Origin: an uncultured Bacillales bacterium
GTDB taxonomy: Bacteria; Bacillota_I; Bacilli_A; RFN20; CAG-288
Direction: 5' to 3'
NCBI GenBank assembly: GCA_937896065.1
Contig: CALBLI010000060.1
Location: 1,990 to 65,989 of the forward strand
DNA length: 64,000 nt
Every line of letters starts with the position of its first letter. Position 1 is the first letter of the stretch. The notes under the pieces are model-generated. The model did not search any database. It was given only the letters and a program-made list of their open reading frames with translations, and was not told where the DNA came from. This document shows, in pieces, positions 10,868-19,664 of the stretch. The position numbers and the translations under genes were made by a program.

Positions 10868-12666
10868 TCAAAAATATCATTTGGATTTAAATATGTATTT
10901 TTAAGTGGCCCAAGTAGTCTTGCATTAGTATATGCATGTTTAACAGGTAAAATAGTTTGACCTTGATAATTATTTGATTGCATTTTTTCAACTACTAAGA
11001 AACAATCAACATTATTTTTATCAACTAATTTTAGTGGAAGCAAAAGTGAAATAACATTTCTATTTGGATAATATCCAGCTAAGATGTAATGATAATCATT
11101 TTTAACTTCTTTGACAGCTAAATCAATAGCTTTTTCCATAAAATATTTTAAAGTGTTCAAAGTATCTTTATCTTTTTTTATTGCCAGTGATAATTCATCA
11201 TATAATTGTTTCTTTAAATGATTAGAAGTTTTTATTAATTGCTTTATTATTTTTTTAATTTGTAAATTATTTGCTAAAAGATTAATAAATTGAAGAGGTA
11301 ATCTATCAATATTATCTAAAATTATATGATCATAATCAGTGATTAAGATTTGCTTAGCATCAAAAAATAAATCAGCTATATTATCAGTATATTTAGCTTT
11401 TACAGGTAGTGGGTTAAAATTTTCAACCAAAATTTTACCATCACCTTTGATTCCTGAAGTTGTAAAATTCAAAAAATTGTATTTATTATCGCTTTTATTT
11501 AAACCAGCAAGCAAGTAGATTTCTTCAAAATTATCAGTTATTAAGCCAGTATTGAAAGCTAAATAATTTTTATCATTACTATAACTTATTTGATTATCGT
11601 TGTATAGCTTCAAGAAAGTATATTGAAGATATATTTTTAGAATCAAAAATTTATCTTTTGAATTTTTAAAACACCATGTTTCTTTTCTTGCAAGCTTAGC
11701 CAGATCGACTATTTTTTTATCAATATTGTCGAAGTGGATAATATCAGTAAAAATATCACTATTTTTAATATTATCTTTTTTACCAATAAATGAAATAAAA
11801 TAATCATAATCAGTTTTACTGCTCGATTTTCTAACAGCATACACAAAATCAGCAGCAGGTATCATTAATGTTTCATCTTTAAAAGAATAAGTCTGGTCTT
11901 TAATTGCTTCATAATATTTTTCTTCTAAGAATCCTTTTATTTTATCTTCGCTGATTTTATTTCCTGCTTGCTGAATATAATAGATATATATTTTATCTGG
12001 GATGTAGATTTCATCAAAGTCTGGAAATTCCACTTTTTTTTCTTTATCTGGATATGAAATAGATAAATAACATGCTGGGACATTATCAGTCATTTTATCA
12101 ACCATTTTGATATTATCAAAACTTTGAAGAAATCCTTTCATCTTCTTATATCCATATTCCTTATAATTGATCCCATATTTTTTTAAATACTTAGTAACTA
12201 TTGATAATTGATATAACTCATTTTCTCTAAATTTTTTATAAAGTAAATCATTTACTACTTTTTTAGTTTGCTCATCAACATATCTTGAACCATTTCTAAT
12301 GAGATTAGTAGTTAATTTAGTTATTTTCTTTTTGCTTTCTTCTTTTCTTTTAAAAGTATTCTGATAATAATTAGTATTATCGTTGAATGTATTGCTTCTT
12401 GGTACATAAATAGTTCGTTTTTGCTCAACATTTTTATCTTCATAATTTTTTAATAAATATGTTCTTTTACCATCAACTACATTCTCTTTTAAAAATTCAC
12501 TCAACTCTTTAAATAAATCATCATAACTTTCATATTCAAACTCTTTACAGTCTAATCCGTTTTGTCTCAAATATAGAACGAGTTCTTGATAGGTCAGTGT
12601 TTGATTTAAAGAATACTTTTCAAGAAGAAGATTATAAATAATTATCTTCTGACTTCTTGTAAACAT
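10864..12666 (-). CDS. Uncharacterised 600-aa protein with two N-terminal OST-HTH/LOTUS-like domains and a C-terminal DUF3825-like domain
   Basis: Uninterrupted 600 codons in an AT-rich context; AGGAGG RBS (reverse complement of cctcct 12671-12676); residues ~1-75 and ~135-200 fit the OST-HTH pattern (..L..L...G.D...FGY.K...FL..F); the assignment is from memory of the family pattern, not a search. Confidence 0.6.
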   Translation of the reverse strand: MFTRSQKIIIYNLLLEKYSLNQTLTYQELVLYLRQNGLDCKEFEYESYDDLFKELSEFLKENVVDGKRTYLLKNYEDKNVEQKRTIYVPRSNTFNDNTNYYQNTFKRKEESKKKITKLTTNLIRNGSRYVDEQTKKVVNDLLYKKFRENELYQLSIVTKYLKKYGINYKEYGYKKMKGFLQSFDNIKMVDKMTDNVPACYLSISYPDKEKKVEFPDFDEIYIPDKIYIYYIQQAGNKISEDKIKGFLEEKYYEAIKDQTYSFKDETLMIPAADFVYAVRKSSSKTDYDYFISFIGKKDNIKNSDIFTDIIHFDNIDKKIVDLAKLARKETWCFKNSKDKFLILKIYLQYTFLKLYNDNQISYSNDKNYLAFNTGLITDNFEEIYLLAGLNKSDNKYNFLNFTTSGIKGDGKILVENFNPLPVKAKYTDNIADLFFDAKQILITDYDHIILDNIDRLPLQFINLLANNLQIKKIIKQLIKTSNHLKKQLYDELSLAIKKDKDTLNTLKYFMEKAIDLAVKEVKNDYHYILAGYYPNRNVISLLLPLKLVDKNNVDCFLVVEKMQSNNYQGQTILPVKHAYTNARLLGPLKNTYLNPNDIFD

Positions 12667-12682
12667 CTTTCCTCCTTTTATT

Positions 12683-12766
12683 TGGTGGGACCGAGGGAAG
12701 TCGAATCCCTATGATATTCTCACTAGCTTCTGAGACTAGCGCGTCTACCAGTTCCGCCACGATCCC
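12683..12766 (-). tRNA. tRNA-Leu (anticodon CAG), 84 nt, type II long variable arm, CCA encoded
   Basis: Reverse complement reads GGGATCGTGGCGGAACTGGTAGACGCG-CTAGT-CTCAGAA-GCTAG-...-AGGGATTCGACTTCCCT-CGGTCCC-A-CCA; 7-bp acceptor stem, Leu-type D-loop TGGCGGAA(C/T)TGGTAGAC, anticodon loop CUCAGAA. Confidence 0.9.
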
Positions 12767-13095
12767 GATACTTATATATTATAACACGACATAACAACTG
12801 CAATTAACTAAAATTTGCGAATTAGAAATGAGTTCGTAAAGGATTTTCAAAAGAAAAATGGCAAGAGTATTTTAATTTAGACATGGAAAAAGGTCGACTT
12901 GTAAATCTACAAATTGTGCATGTTGTTGATATTATTTATAGCATATGTAAGAAATTGTTTATCAACTAGGTTTTTATGGTTTTGCTTGATAAATTTATAT
13001 CATGAAGGCTTAACTTTTTAATTGTTTCCGGCTAAAATAAGATTGTATCGTATTTTGGGCGGAGGTTTTTACATTAAATATATACCTAGAGACAT

Positions 13096-14293
13096 GGAAA
13101 AAATTATGTGTAAACTTACAAAAGAATATTCATGCATTTTAATCACTGAACCTAGACAGGTTGGAAAAAGCACGATGCTTGGACATATTGATAGTACTAG
13201 AAACAAGGTAACTTTAGATGATTTGCAAGAAAGAAATCTTGCAAAGAATGATCCAGAAATGTTTTTGAAATTGCATAAAACACCAATTTTGATCGATGAA
13301 GTTCAATATGCACCTGAACTATTTTCATATATTAAAATTGCAATAGACAATGGAGCTGAGCCAGGTAGTTTTTGGTTGACTGGTTCACAAAGTTACAAAC
13401 TTATGAGTTTAGCACAAGAAACTTTGGCTGGACGAATTGCTATTTTAAATCTAACAACATTATCCCAGCATGAACTTTATTCTAACGGAGAACTATTGCC
13501 ATTTACATTATCTCTAGATGAATTAAAACAAAGAGAACAGTTGTGTGAAAAAGCAGATGTAGGCAGTATATTTGAAAGAATTTGGCAAGGTGGACTTCCT
13601 GGTCTCGCAAGTGGCAAATATACCAACAGGGACATTTACTATTCAAGTTATTTGCAAACATATCTATCTAGAGATGTTAAAGAAGAAATGCCAATAAAAG
13701 ATGATTCAAAGTTTATTGATTTTATTCGTGCTGTTGCTTGCAGGGTTGGTCAAGAGCTCAATGTTCATTCAATTGCCACTGATGTTGAAGTTAGCGATGA
13801 TACTGCAAAGAGATGGCTTGGTATGCTTGAAAAATCAGAAGTTATCTTCTATTTGCATCCATATTCAAACAACTTACTTAAACGTGTTGTAAAAACGCCT
13901 AAACTTTACTTTTTTGATACTGGTCTTGTTTGCTATTTAACAAAATATTCTAATGCTGAGATTTTGCAAAACAGCTCAATAAACTGTGCAATCCTTGAAA
14001 ATTATATTGTTGCTGAAATAAGAAAATCTTATTTGAATTCAGGCAAAGAAATATACATGTATTATTACAGAGATAAAGATCAAGCAGAAATTGATTTGAT
14101 TTTAGAATATGATGGTGAATTGCACCCAATTGAAATAAAAAAATCATCTAATCCAAATAGCACAATGGTTAAAAATTTTGAGATATTAAGCAAATCATCA
14201 CTTCCAGTTGGTCTTGGAGCAATAGTCTGTATGAAAAATAGTATAACTGCTCTTGATAGCAAAACTCTTATTATTCCAGTGTGGTGTTTATAG
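13096..14293 (+). CDS. AAA+ ATPase with C-terminal DUF4143 (PD-(D/E)xK-like) domain
   Basis: Walker A EPRQVGKSTML, Walker B ILIDEVQY, C-terminal EIDLILEYDG..IEIKKS; first in-frame ATG at 13096 (the ORF-track start at 13022 is TTG); visibly GC-richer than its neighbours. Confidence 0.75.
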
Positions 14294-14476
14294 AAATTCA
14301 CCCAAACCATAAAATCTTGAAAAATGCACCATTTGTGCACCGTAGATTTCAAATGTTTTGTGTTTAGATAGCAAAAGTTGGGCAAATTAGTGAGAATAAT
14401 ACACAATTTTGAATGCAATTTTCATAATAATTCCGATTTTTAATTAAAAACATGCTAATTTTATAATTTTCCATTG

Positions 14477-14584
14477 CTCTAAGCGATAGATCAAAGGTTC
14501 AAGTTCCTTCGAGAACACCACTATTTGTGGTAATTGTGTTCCGTAATTTTTTAGTCAAACTCAATAATCTACCTAAAAAAGCTA
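14477..14584 (+). repeat. Degenerate copy (~89% identity) of the tRNA-Arg(CCU) 3' half (anticodon loop to CCA) plus ~60 nt of its downstream flank
   Basis: Aligns base-for-base with 17729..17838; also contains a truncated 28-codon copy (GTG at 14536, MFRNFLVKLNNLPKK...) of the start of the small membrane-protein gene 17789..18061. Confidence 0.8.
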
Positions 14585-14903
14585 TCTTCTTCAGAACTGA
14601 TATCTTTTATAAGAGAATATAATGTAACTGAAACTCCTGAAAAAAATTATATAAATAATGCAATAAGAAGTGAAACTTATTTGAAAATAAAAAGTACTCT
14701 TGGACTATCAAAATTAGGTAACCTTTATCTCACCAAAAAGAATCTTGATAACCTTTTAAATGATGTTGATCTTAACACTTCATTTTAGGGTCTCTACCAA
14801 AGTCAGGTATTATACCATGATATAAGCTAAAACCTTCAATTGACTAATTTATTCTTTATAAAATCAACATGATTTAGTAAAATATTTAAAGGAGAGGTGG
14901 CTT

Positions 14904-15908
14904 ATGAAAGAAAAAAATTGTATTGACGGAAATGTTTATATTCCATATGATAAAAGAGTTTCAAATGAATCAGTTGTTTATTTTACAAGAGATTTATCAA
15001 GTGCTGGTCTTGAAAAGATTTATCAAAAAATTTCTCACAATCTTACTGGGAAAATTGCTGTTAAACTCCACACTGGCGAGAAAAATGGTCCAAACATCAT
15101 TCCTCGTTCATGGGTCAAAAATCTTTTTGACAAGGAATTAAAAGATGCTACTATTGTTGAAACTAATACTTATTATCAAGGAGATCGCTATACAACAAGT
15201 GAGCATCTTGAAACTTTAAAAGTGAATGGCTGGAGATTTTCTAATGTTGATATTATAGACTCTGAAGGAACTTGTATGTTACCTATAAATGGTGGTAAAT
15301 ATTTTAAAGAAATGTCGGTTGGTAAAGGAATTCTAAATTATGATTCACTTTTAGTTTTGACTCATTTTAAAGGTCACACTCAAGGTGGATTTGGTGGTTC
15401 TAATAAAAACATTGGTATCGGCATTGCTGATGGAAGAATCGGCAAAGCTATGATTCATACAACTCCCAATCAAGATAACATGTGGGATATTGCTAAAGAA
15501 GAATTCATGGAAAGAATGACTGAATCTTCTAAAGCAACAGTCGATCATTTTAATAAAAATATTTCATATATAAATGTTATGAGAAATATGTCTGTTTCAT
15601 GTGATTGTGAAGGAATTAATGCTCAACCTGTAGTTACTCCTAACGTTGGCATTTTAGCATCGCTTGATATATTAGCTATTGATCAAGCTTGTGTAGATAT
15701 TGTCTTTTCAATGAAAGAAAATGAAAATCACGATTTGGTAGAAAGAATAACATCAAGACATGGTTTAAGACAACTTACATACATGAAAGAATTGAATATG
15801 GGAAATGATAAATATGTTTTAATTGATTTAGACAATGGTGAAAAAAGAATTGATGCTAAAATAGCTGCATCAAACTTAAAACCTTTTGTTGATGATCATT
15901 TAAAATAA
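14904..15908 (+). CDS. DUF362-family protein (COG2006-like), function unknown
   Basis: Strong RBS AAAGGAGAGGTGGcttATG; pattern VYFT.D...GK.AVKLHTGE..N...I.P..V...........TN.Y.G.R.....HLE....NG......II.D......L....VLTHFKGH..GGFGG..KNIGIG..GK matches my recollection of DUF362 proteins; GC-richer than the neighbouring gene. Confidence 0.6.
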   Translation: MKEKNCIDGNVYIPYDKRVSNESVVYFTRDLSSAGLEKIYQKISHNLTGKIAVKLHTGEKNGPNIIPRSWVKNLFDKELKDATIVETNTYYQGDRYTTSEHLETLKVNGWRFSNVDIIDSEGTCMLPINGGKYFKEMSVGKGILNYDSLLVLTHFKGHTQGGFGGSNKNIGIGIADGRIGKAMIHTTPNQDNMWDIAKEEFMERMTESSKATVDHFNKNISYINVMRNMSVSCDCEGINAQPVVTPNVGILASLDILAIDQACVDIVFSMKENENHDLVERITSRHGLRQLTYMKELNMGNDKYVLIDLDNGEKRIDAKIAASNLKPFVDDHLK

Positions 15909-17630
15909 TCATTTAAATAGATTCTTTATTTTTTCAAAAATCGATTTAAAAAAGTTGATGATTTTATCAATAATTGTCAACTTTTTTTCATCTTTTTTAT
16001 CATCATTTTTAGTGACTTCAATAATTAATTTTGTTTCAATTTTTTGATTGTTTTCTTTTTCAAATACTAGATTTAAATCATGCATGCCTTCCTTATATTC
16101 AGAGAGTTTTTTATTGTCTGGGAAAATGATATTTTTATAATTTGCTTTTTCAATTTGTTCCATTTCAATTAATGCTTCAATTATTTCATTATCTTTTATA
16201 TTTTGACCTTCTTGAAAAGTTAAATAATTCTCATTTGCGTAGAAAACACTTCCACCTTTTTTAACATTAATAATCAACTTGAAATTTTCTTCATTACTAG
16301 AACTATCTTTGGCTAAAACTTCAATAAAATGTTTACCTTCTTTAGTTTCATTATTTATATAACTATTATCTTTAATATTTATTTTGCATGTCTTATCAAT
16401 TTCATCGTATGCTGAAAACATTTCAATAATTTCTTCTTCATTAAATATTATTGTTTCATTTAAATTTATGATTTTATATTTAGCTGTGATAACCGGTTTA
16501 ATATCGTCAATTAAATTGAGTTTAAAAATGTACTCACTTTCATTGTTAAAATCATCTTTTGCAATCAATTTTGCATTTACTTTACCTACTTTATTTATAA
16601 CAACATTATTATTTATATCTTTTATATATATCTTATTATTTTTAGTAAAATTATCTTCAATATTAAAATATTTATAAATAAAACTGGCATCGTTAAAATT
16701 TGTCTTATATGAGCAATTTATTTCAACATTTTCTTTTAAAGGAGTAATTATAGGCGGAAGTGAATCAAGAACTGTTAAGACTATTTCTAATTCCTTATTT
16801 AGAGTTTTTAAAATGATTTTAGCTGTACTACCAATACTTAATTTATTTCCTTCAATGAAATAATTGTTATCATCAATAATTTCATTTAAGAAAATATATT
16901 TAGATAATTCATTATCATAAAATACATATTTTTTTCTAAGATAATTGAATGATAATATTCTTCCATATTCACAATTTAAATATAAGTTTTCTTTATTGTT
17001 TGTTAAAATATTGAATCTATTTTTATCATTTATAAACTCATTATTATCATTTATACATCTTTGATAATCAACGTTTTTTCTAGCTATATATACTTTGTTT
17101 ATAATAACAGGTGTATCTGAATATATAAGCTTAAATGATTTAATTTCATCAAGGTAATTGGCTTTGAAATTTATTTCAAGCAAAAAAGTTTTATAGTACT
17201 TTAATCCGATTACATTCATATTTAAATCTGAATATATTTTTTTCTTAAAATAATAATTATTATTTGTTTTATAAAATAAATTTTGAAATTTACTTTCAGA
17301 ATATAAATATTCTTCATCAAATAAATAATTATTTCTTTTTAAACTTATTTTAAATCCCAATTTTTTATTTCTAGTTGCTATTTTAAAATCTTCAATTTCA
17401 TTTGCAAAGTGAAAACCAATTTTATATTCACCTTCTCCATCAAATTTAAAATCTTTTATCTCATATATTCCATCATACATGGATGGATATTTATTATCCA
17501 TTGTTAAAAGATTAGTAGCATTTATATTTGTTGTTTTTCTTAAATTAATTTGATTATTATTTTTAAATTTAAAATTCAAAAAATTAAATAAATATAAAAA
17601 TAAAATAGTAATTATTCTAATCATCTTCAT
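15909..17630 (-). CDS. Secreted N/K/I-rich protein with signal peptide and two tandem Ig-like (DUF5011/HYR-like) domains; amphipathic C-terminal helix
   Basis: 573 codons open in extremely AT-rich DNA; N-terminal MKMIRIITILFLYLF; two segments matching D..PP.I......I......F....A.D....E...K..I; ends at the base adjacent to the stop of the convergent DUF362 gene. Confidence 0.6.
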   Translation of the reverse strand: MKMIRIITILFLYLFNFLNFKFKNNNQINLRKTTNINATNLLTMDNKYPSMYDGIYEIKDFKFDGEGEYKIGFHFANEIEDFKIATRNKKLGFKISLKRNNYLFDEEYLYSESKFQNLFYKTNNNYYFKKKIYSDLNMNVIGLKYYKTFLLEINFKANYLDEIKSFKLIYSDTPVIINKVYIARKNVDYQRCINDNNEFINDKNRFNILTNNKENLYLNCEYGRILSFNYLRKKYVFYDNELSKYIFLNEIIDDNNYFIEGNKLSIGSTAKIILKTLNKELEIVLTVLDSLPPIITPLKENVEINCSYKTNFNDASFIYKYFNIEDNFTKNNKIYIKDINNNVVINKVGKVNAKLIAKDDFNNESEYIFKLNLIDDIKPVITAKYKIINLNETIIFNEEEIIEMFSAYDEIDKTCKINIKDNSYINNETKEGKHFIEVLAKDSSSNEENFKLIINVKKGGSVFYANENYLTFQEGQNIKDNEIIEALIEMEQIEKANYKNIIFPDNKKLSEYKEGMHDLNLVFEKENNQKIETKLIIEVTKNDDKKDEKKLTIIDKIINFFKSIFEKIKNLFK

Positions 17631-17680
17631 AAAATATATAGTTTATATAATTCATTTTTAGAATAATTTAAATTTAATGT

Positions 17681-17686
17681 TATAAT
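17681..17686 (+). promoter_or_regulatory. Extended -10 promoter element (TGtTATAAT) for tRNA-Arg
   Basis: aatgtTATAATtattgtgct ends 9 nt upstream of the mature tRNA 5' end at 17696; TG at -15/-14. Confidence 0.5.
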
Positions 17687-17695
17687 TATTGTGCT

Positions 17696-17773
17696 GCTTT
17701 CGTAGCTCAGTTGGATTAGAGCGATCGCCTCCTAAGCGATAGGTCAAGGGTTCAAGTCCCTTCGAGAGCACCA
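17696..17773 (+). tRNA. tRNA-Arg (anticodon CCU), CCA encoded
   Basis: GCTTTCG-TA-GCTC-AGTTGGATTA-GAGC-G-ATCGC-CTCCTAA-GCGAT-AGGTC-AAGGG-TTCAAGT-CCCTT-CGAGAGC-A-CCA; canonical cloverleaf; anticodon loop CUCCUAA. Confidence 0.9.
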
Positions 17774-17788
17774 CTATTTGAGGTAATT

Positions 17789-18061
17789 GTGATCCGTAAA
17801 TTTTTAACCAAGCTCAATAATCTATCTAAAAAAGCTAGTCTTATCTTTTTAATGTGTTTATCAGTTTCTGTTATTACTTCGCTTGTAATTTTTATAACAG
17901 GTCTTATTTTATATACAAGTGACTTAGTTCCTACTCCTTCTTATTCACTACCTTTAATTATTACAGGTAGTGTACTAATATTTATTGAATTAATAATTAT
18001 TCTTCTTTTTGCAATTGCAAGTAATTTTTCTTCTTCATCAACAGATAATAAGAAAATATAA
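17789..18061 (+). CDS. Small (90 aa) two-TM membrane protein, unknown function
   Basis: GTG start 6 nt after GAGG; two hydrophobic helices; a truncated paralogous N-terminus survives in repeat copy A (14536..14622). Confidence 0.5.
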   Translation: MIRKFLTKLNNLSKKASLIFLMCLSVSVITSLVIFITGLILYTSDLVPTPSYSLPLIITGSVLIFIELIIILLFAIASNFSSSSTDNKKI

Positions 18062-18109
18062 GTGTTGTTTTTTTGATTATTATTTATTAAAATATCTTGT
18101 TATTTAATT

Positions 18110-18193
18110 GCGGACGTGATGTAATGGTAGCCATGTGGTGCTTAGAACGCCATGGGAAATCCCGTGCAGGTTCAATTCCTGTCGTCCGCACCA
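18110..18193 (+). tRNA. tRNA-Leu (anticodon UAG), 84 nt, type II, CCA encoded
   Basis: GCGGACG-TG-ATG-TAATGGTAGC-CAT-G-TGGTG-CTTAGAA-CGCCA-TGGGAAATCCCGT-GCAGG-TTCAATT-CCTGT-CGTCCGC-A-CCA; perfect 7-bp acceptor, 3-bp D stem, long variable arm. Confidence 0.85.
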
Positions 18194-18207
18194 GTTTGCA
18201 TTTGATG

Positions 18208-18236
18208 AAGTGACATAATGTCACATTTTTTATTTT
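18208..18236 (+). terminator. Probable intrinsic terminator after tRNA-Leu(UAG)
   Basis: Stem gtgaca / tgtcac with short loop, followed by attttttattttattt. Confidence 0.5.
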
Positions 18237-18525
18237 ATTTAAAATTAACTTATTGTAGTTAAGTTAAATATATCTTTTGTTACGATATAACTATAGTTTT
18301 ATATCAATATATAAGAAACAATTTAATCAGATAAAGATTATTAATATACACTTGTTTACATTATTGTTAAAGCAGGTGCTATATTAAATAAATAATATAT
18401 CTAGAATCCAAAATATTTCATATAGACAAACATTAGTGGGTAAAAAAACTAGTAATACAAAGGCACCTATCTTTTTTATATATAAATCTTGATAGATTGC
18501 TTTTTATAAATAGTTTTTATTTTAC

Positions 18526-19266
18526 CTATAACTTTACATTCGGATTTGTATATTGTCCATGTTTTTTGGTTTTGTTTTCATACTGAATAGCAAATTTTGG
18601 GCAGCGATGCAAACAACCAAGACACATCACGCACTTATCCTTTATCCATACTGGTCTTTTGTCTTTTATTTCAATAGCTTGAACCGGACATTTTCTTGCA
18701 CATAATCCACATCCAATGCAACTATTTTCTACATGAAAATGCTTTGTCAGTCGCACTTTATTATATATCGGCTCACCAATCAATTTGGTAATGAATGCTG
18801 GCGTTCGTGAAGGCATATGTTTGTTTATAAAATGACTGCTTACTTTATTAATTATTTCATCTATTTCTTTTTCAGTTGTCTTTGTATATTTTGAAATTTT
18901 TTTAGAAGTAGAAATGTCAAAAATCGGTGTCCATGTGTCTACCATGCGAACGGAATAATATGCGTCTATTCTTTTCCCTTTTATCGCTTTACTTGCCATA
19001 TACCCTGTCGCTCCAGGAGTTGTTCCGTAAGTTGCAACAAAATATAGATATTCACTTTGAAAAGTGGCTTTCTCAAAAAACTCCTTTACTATGCTTGGTA
19101 ATCCCCAGCCATAGGTTGGAGATATAATGCCGATTACATCATCTGAAAAATCATACTGATTATTTTGTAGACAGTCCACGATTGAAATCATATTTTGTTC
19201 TTTTGCTTGTACAATTCGACTTGCAACATATTTGCAATTTCCAGTAGCTGAAAAATATATAATCAC
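18526..19266 (-). CDS. EFR1-family ferredoxin (flavodoxin-like domain plus two 4Fe-4S ferredoxin motifs)
   Basis: GTG start with AAAGGAGG 7 nt upstream; N-terminal MIIYFSATGNCKYVA; C-terminal CIGCGLCARKCP and CVMCLGCLHRCP. Confidence 0.85.
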   Translation of the reverse strand: MIIYFSATGNCKYVASRIVQAKEQNMISIVDCLQNNQYDFSDDVIGIISPTYGWGLPSIVKEFFEKATFQSEYLYFVATYGTTPGATGYMASKAIKGKRIDAYYSVRMVDTWTPIFDISTSKKISKYTKTTEKEIDEIINKVSSHFINKHMPSRTPAFITKLIGEPIYNKVRLTKHFHVENSCIGCGLCARKCPVQAIEIKDKRPVWIKDKCVMCLGCLHRCPKFAIQYENKTKKHGQYTNPNVKL

Positions 19267-19664
19267 AAGTTTTCCTCCTTTATTATCACATGATATAAGA
19301 AATTGTTATAGTGACTTTTAAATAATTATCTATAATATCTTTGAGTTTATAAATAATACAGCTACATATTGTACTTTTGACAAACTCATCGCATATAATT
19401 GAATCTAAGTTAAAATTAACAGCTATACTTATGATAAAAATTTTATAAATTTTTCATTATTCAATTTTTTAAGAGATATTTAAATATTTACCATTGCAAT
19501 TAGAAAGCATCTATTGTGATCATTTATACTATTAAAATTATATCGATGAATTTTTAATATGGCTATTAATTTTAAATTTTTAGTAAAAAGTATTTACATC
19601 TATTAGTAAGTATAATCAACATATTATCAATCAATGTAAACATATCTTTTTTAATCTTGTCTTA

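Noticed and set aside
12767-13021. Short ORFs and GC-rich words between tRNA-Leu(CAG) and the ATPase gene (e.g. a 28-codon frame starting atggaaaaaggtcgac)
   Set aside because: No RBS or recognisable domain. This is more likely a decayed remnant or untranslated region, though an unusually long non-coding stretch for this genome.
13022-13095. 5' extension of the DUF4143 ATPase ORF from a TTG at 13022 (MFPAKIRLYRILGGG...)
   Set aside because: No RBS. The family normally starts ~20-25 residues before the P-loop, which matches the ATG at 13096. The extension is probably an untranslated leader.
19595-19650. dif-like chromosome dimer resolution site (aATGTAAACa resembles the XerD arm of Firmicutes dif)
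   Set aside because: Only one half-site matches, and the XerC arm and central spacer do not. It is probably a chance match in AT-rich DNA.
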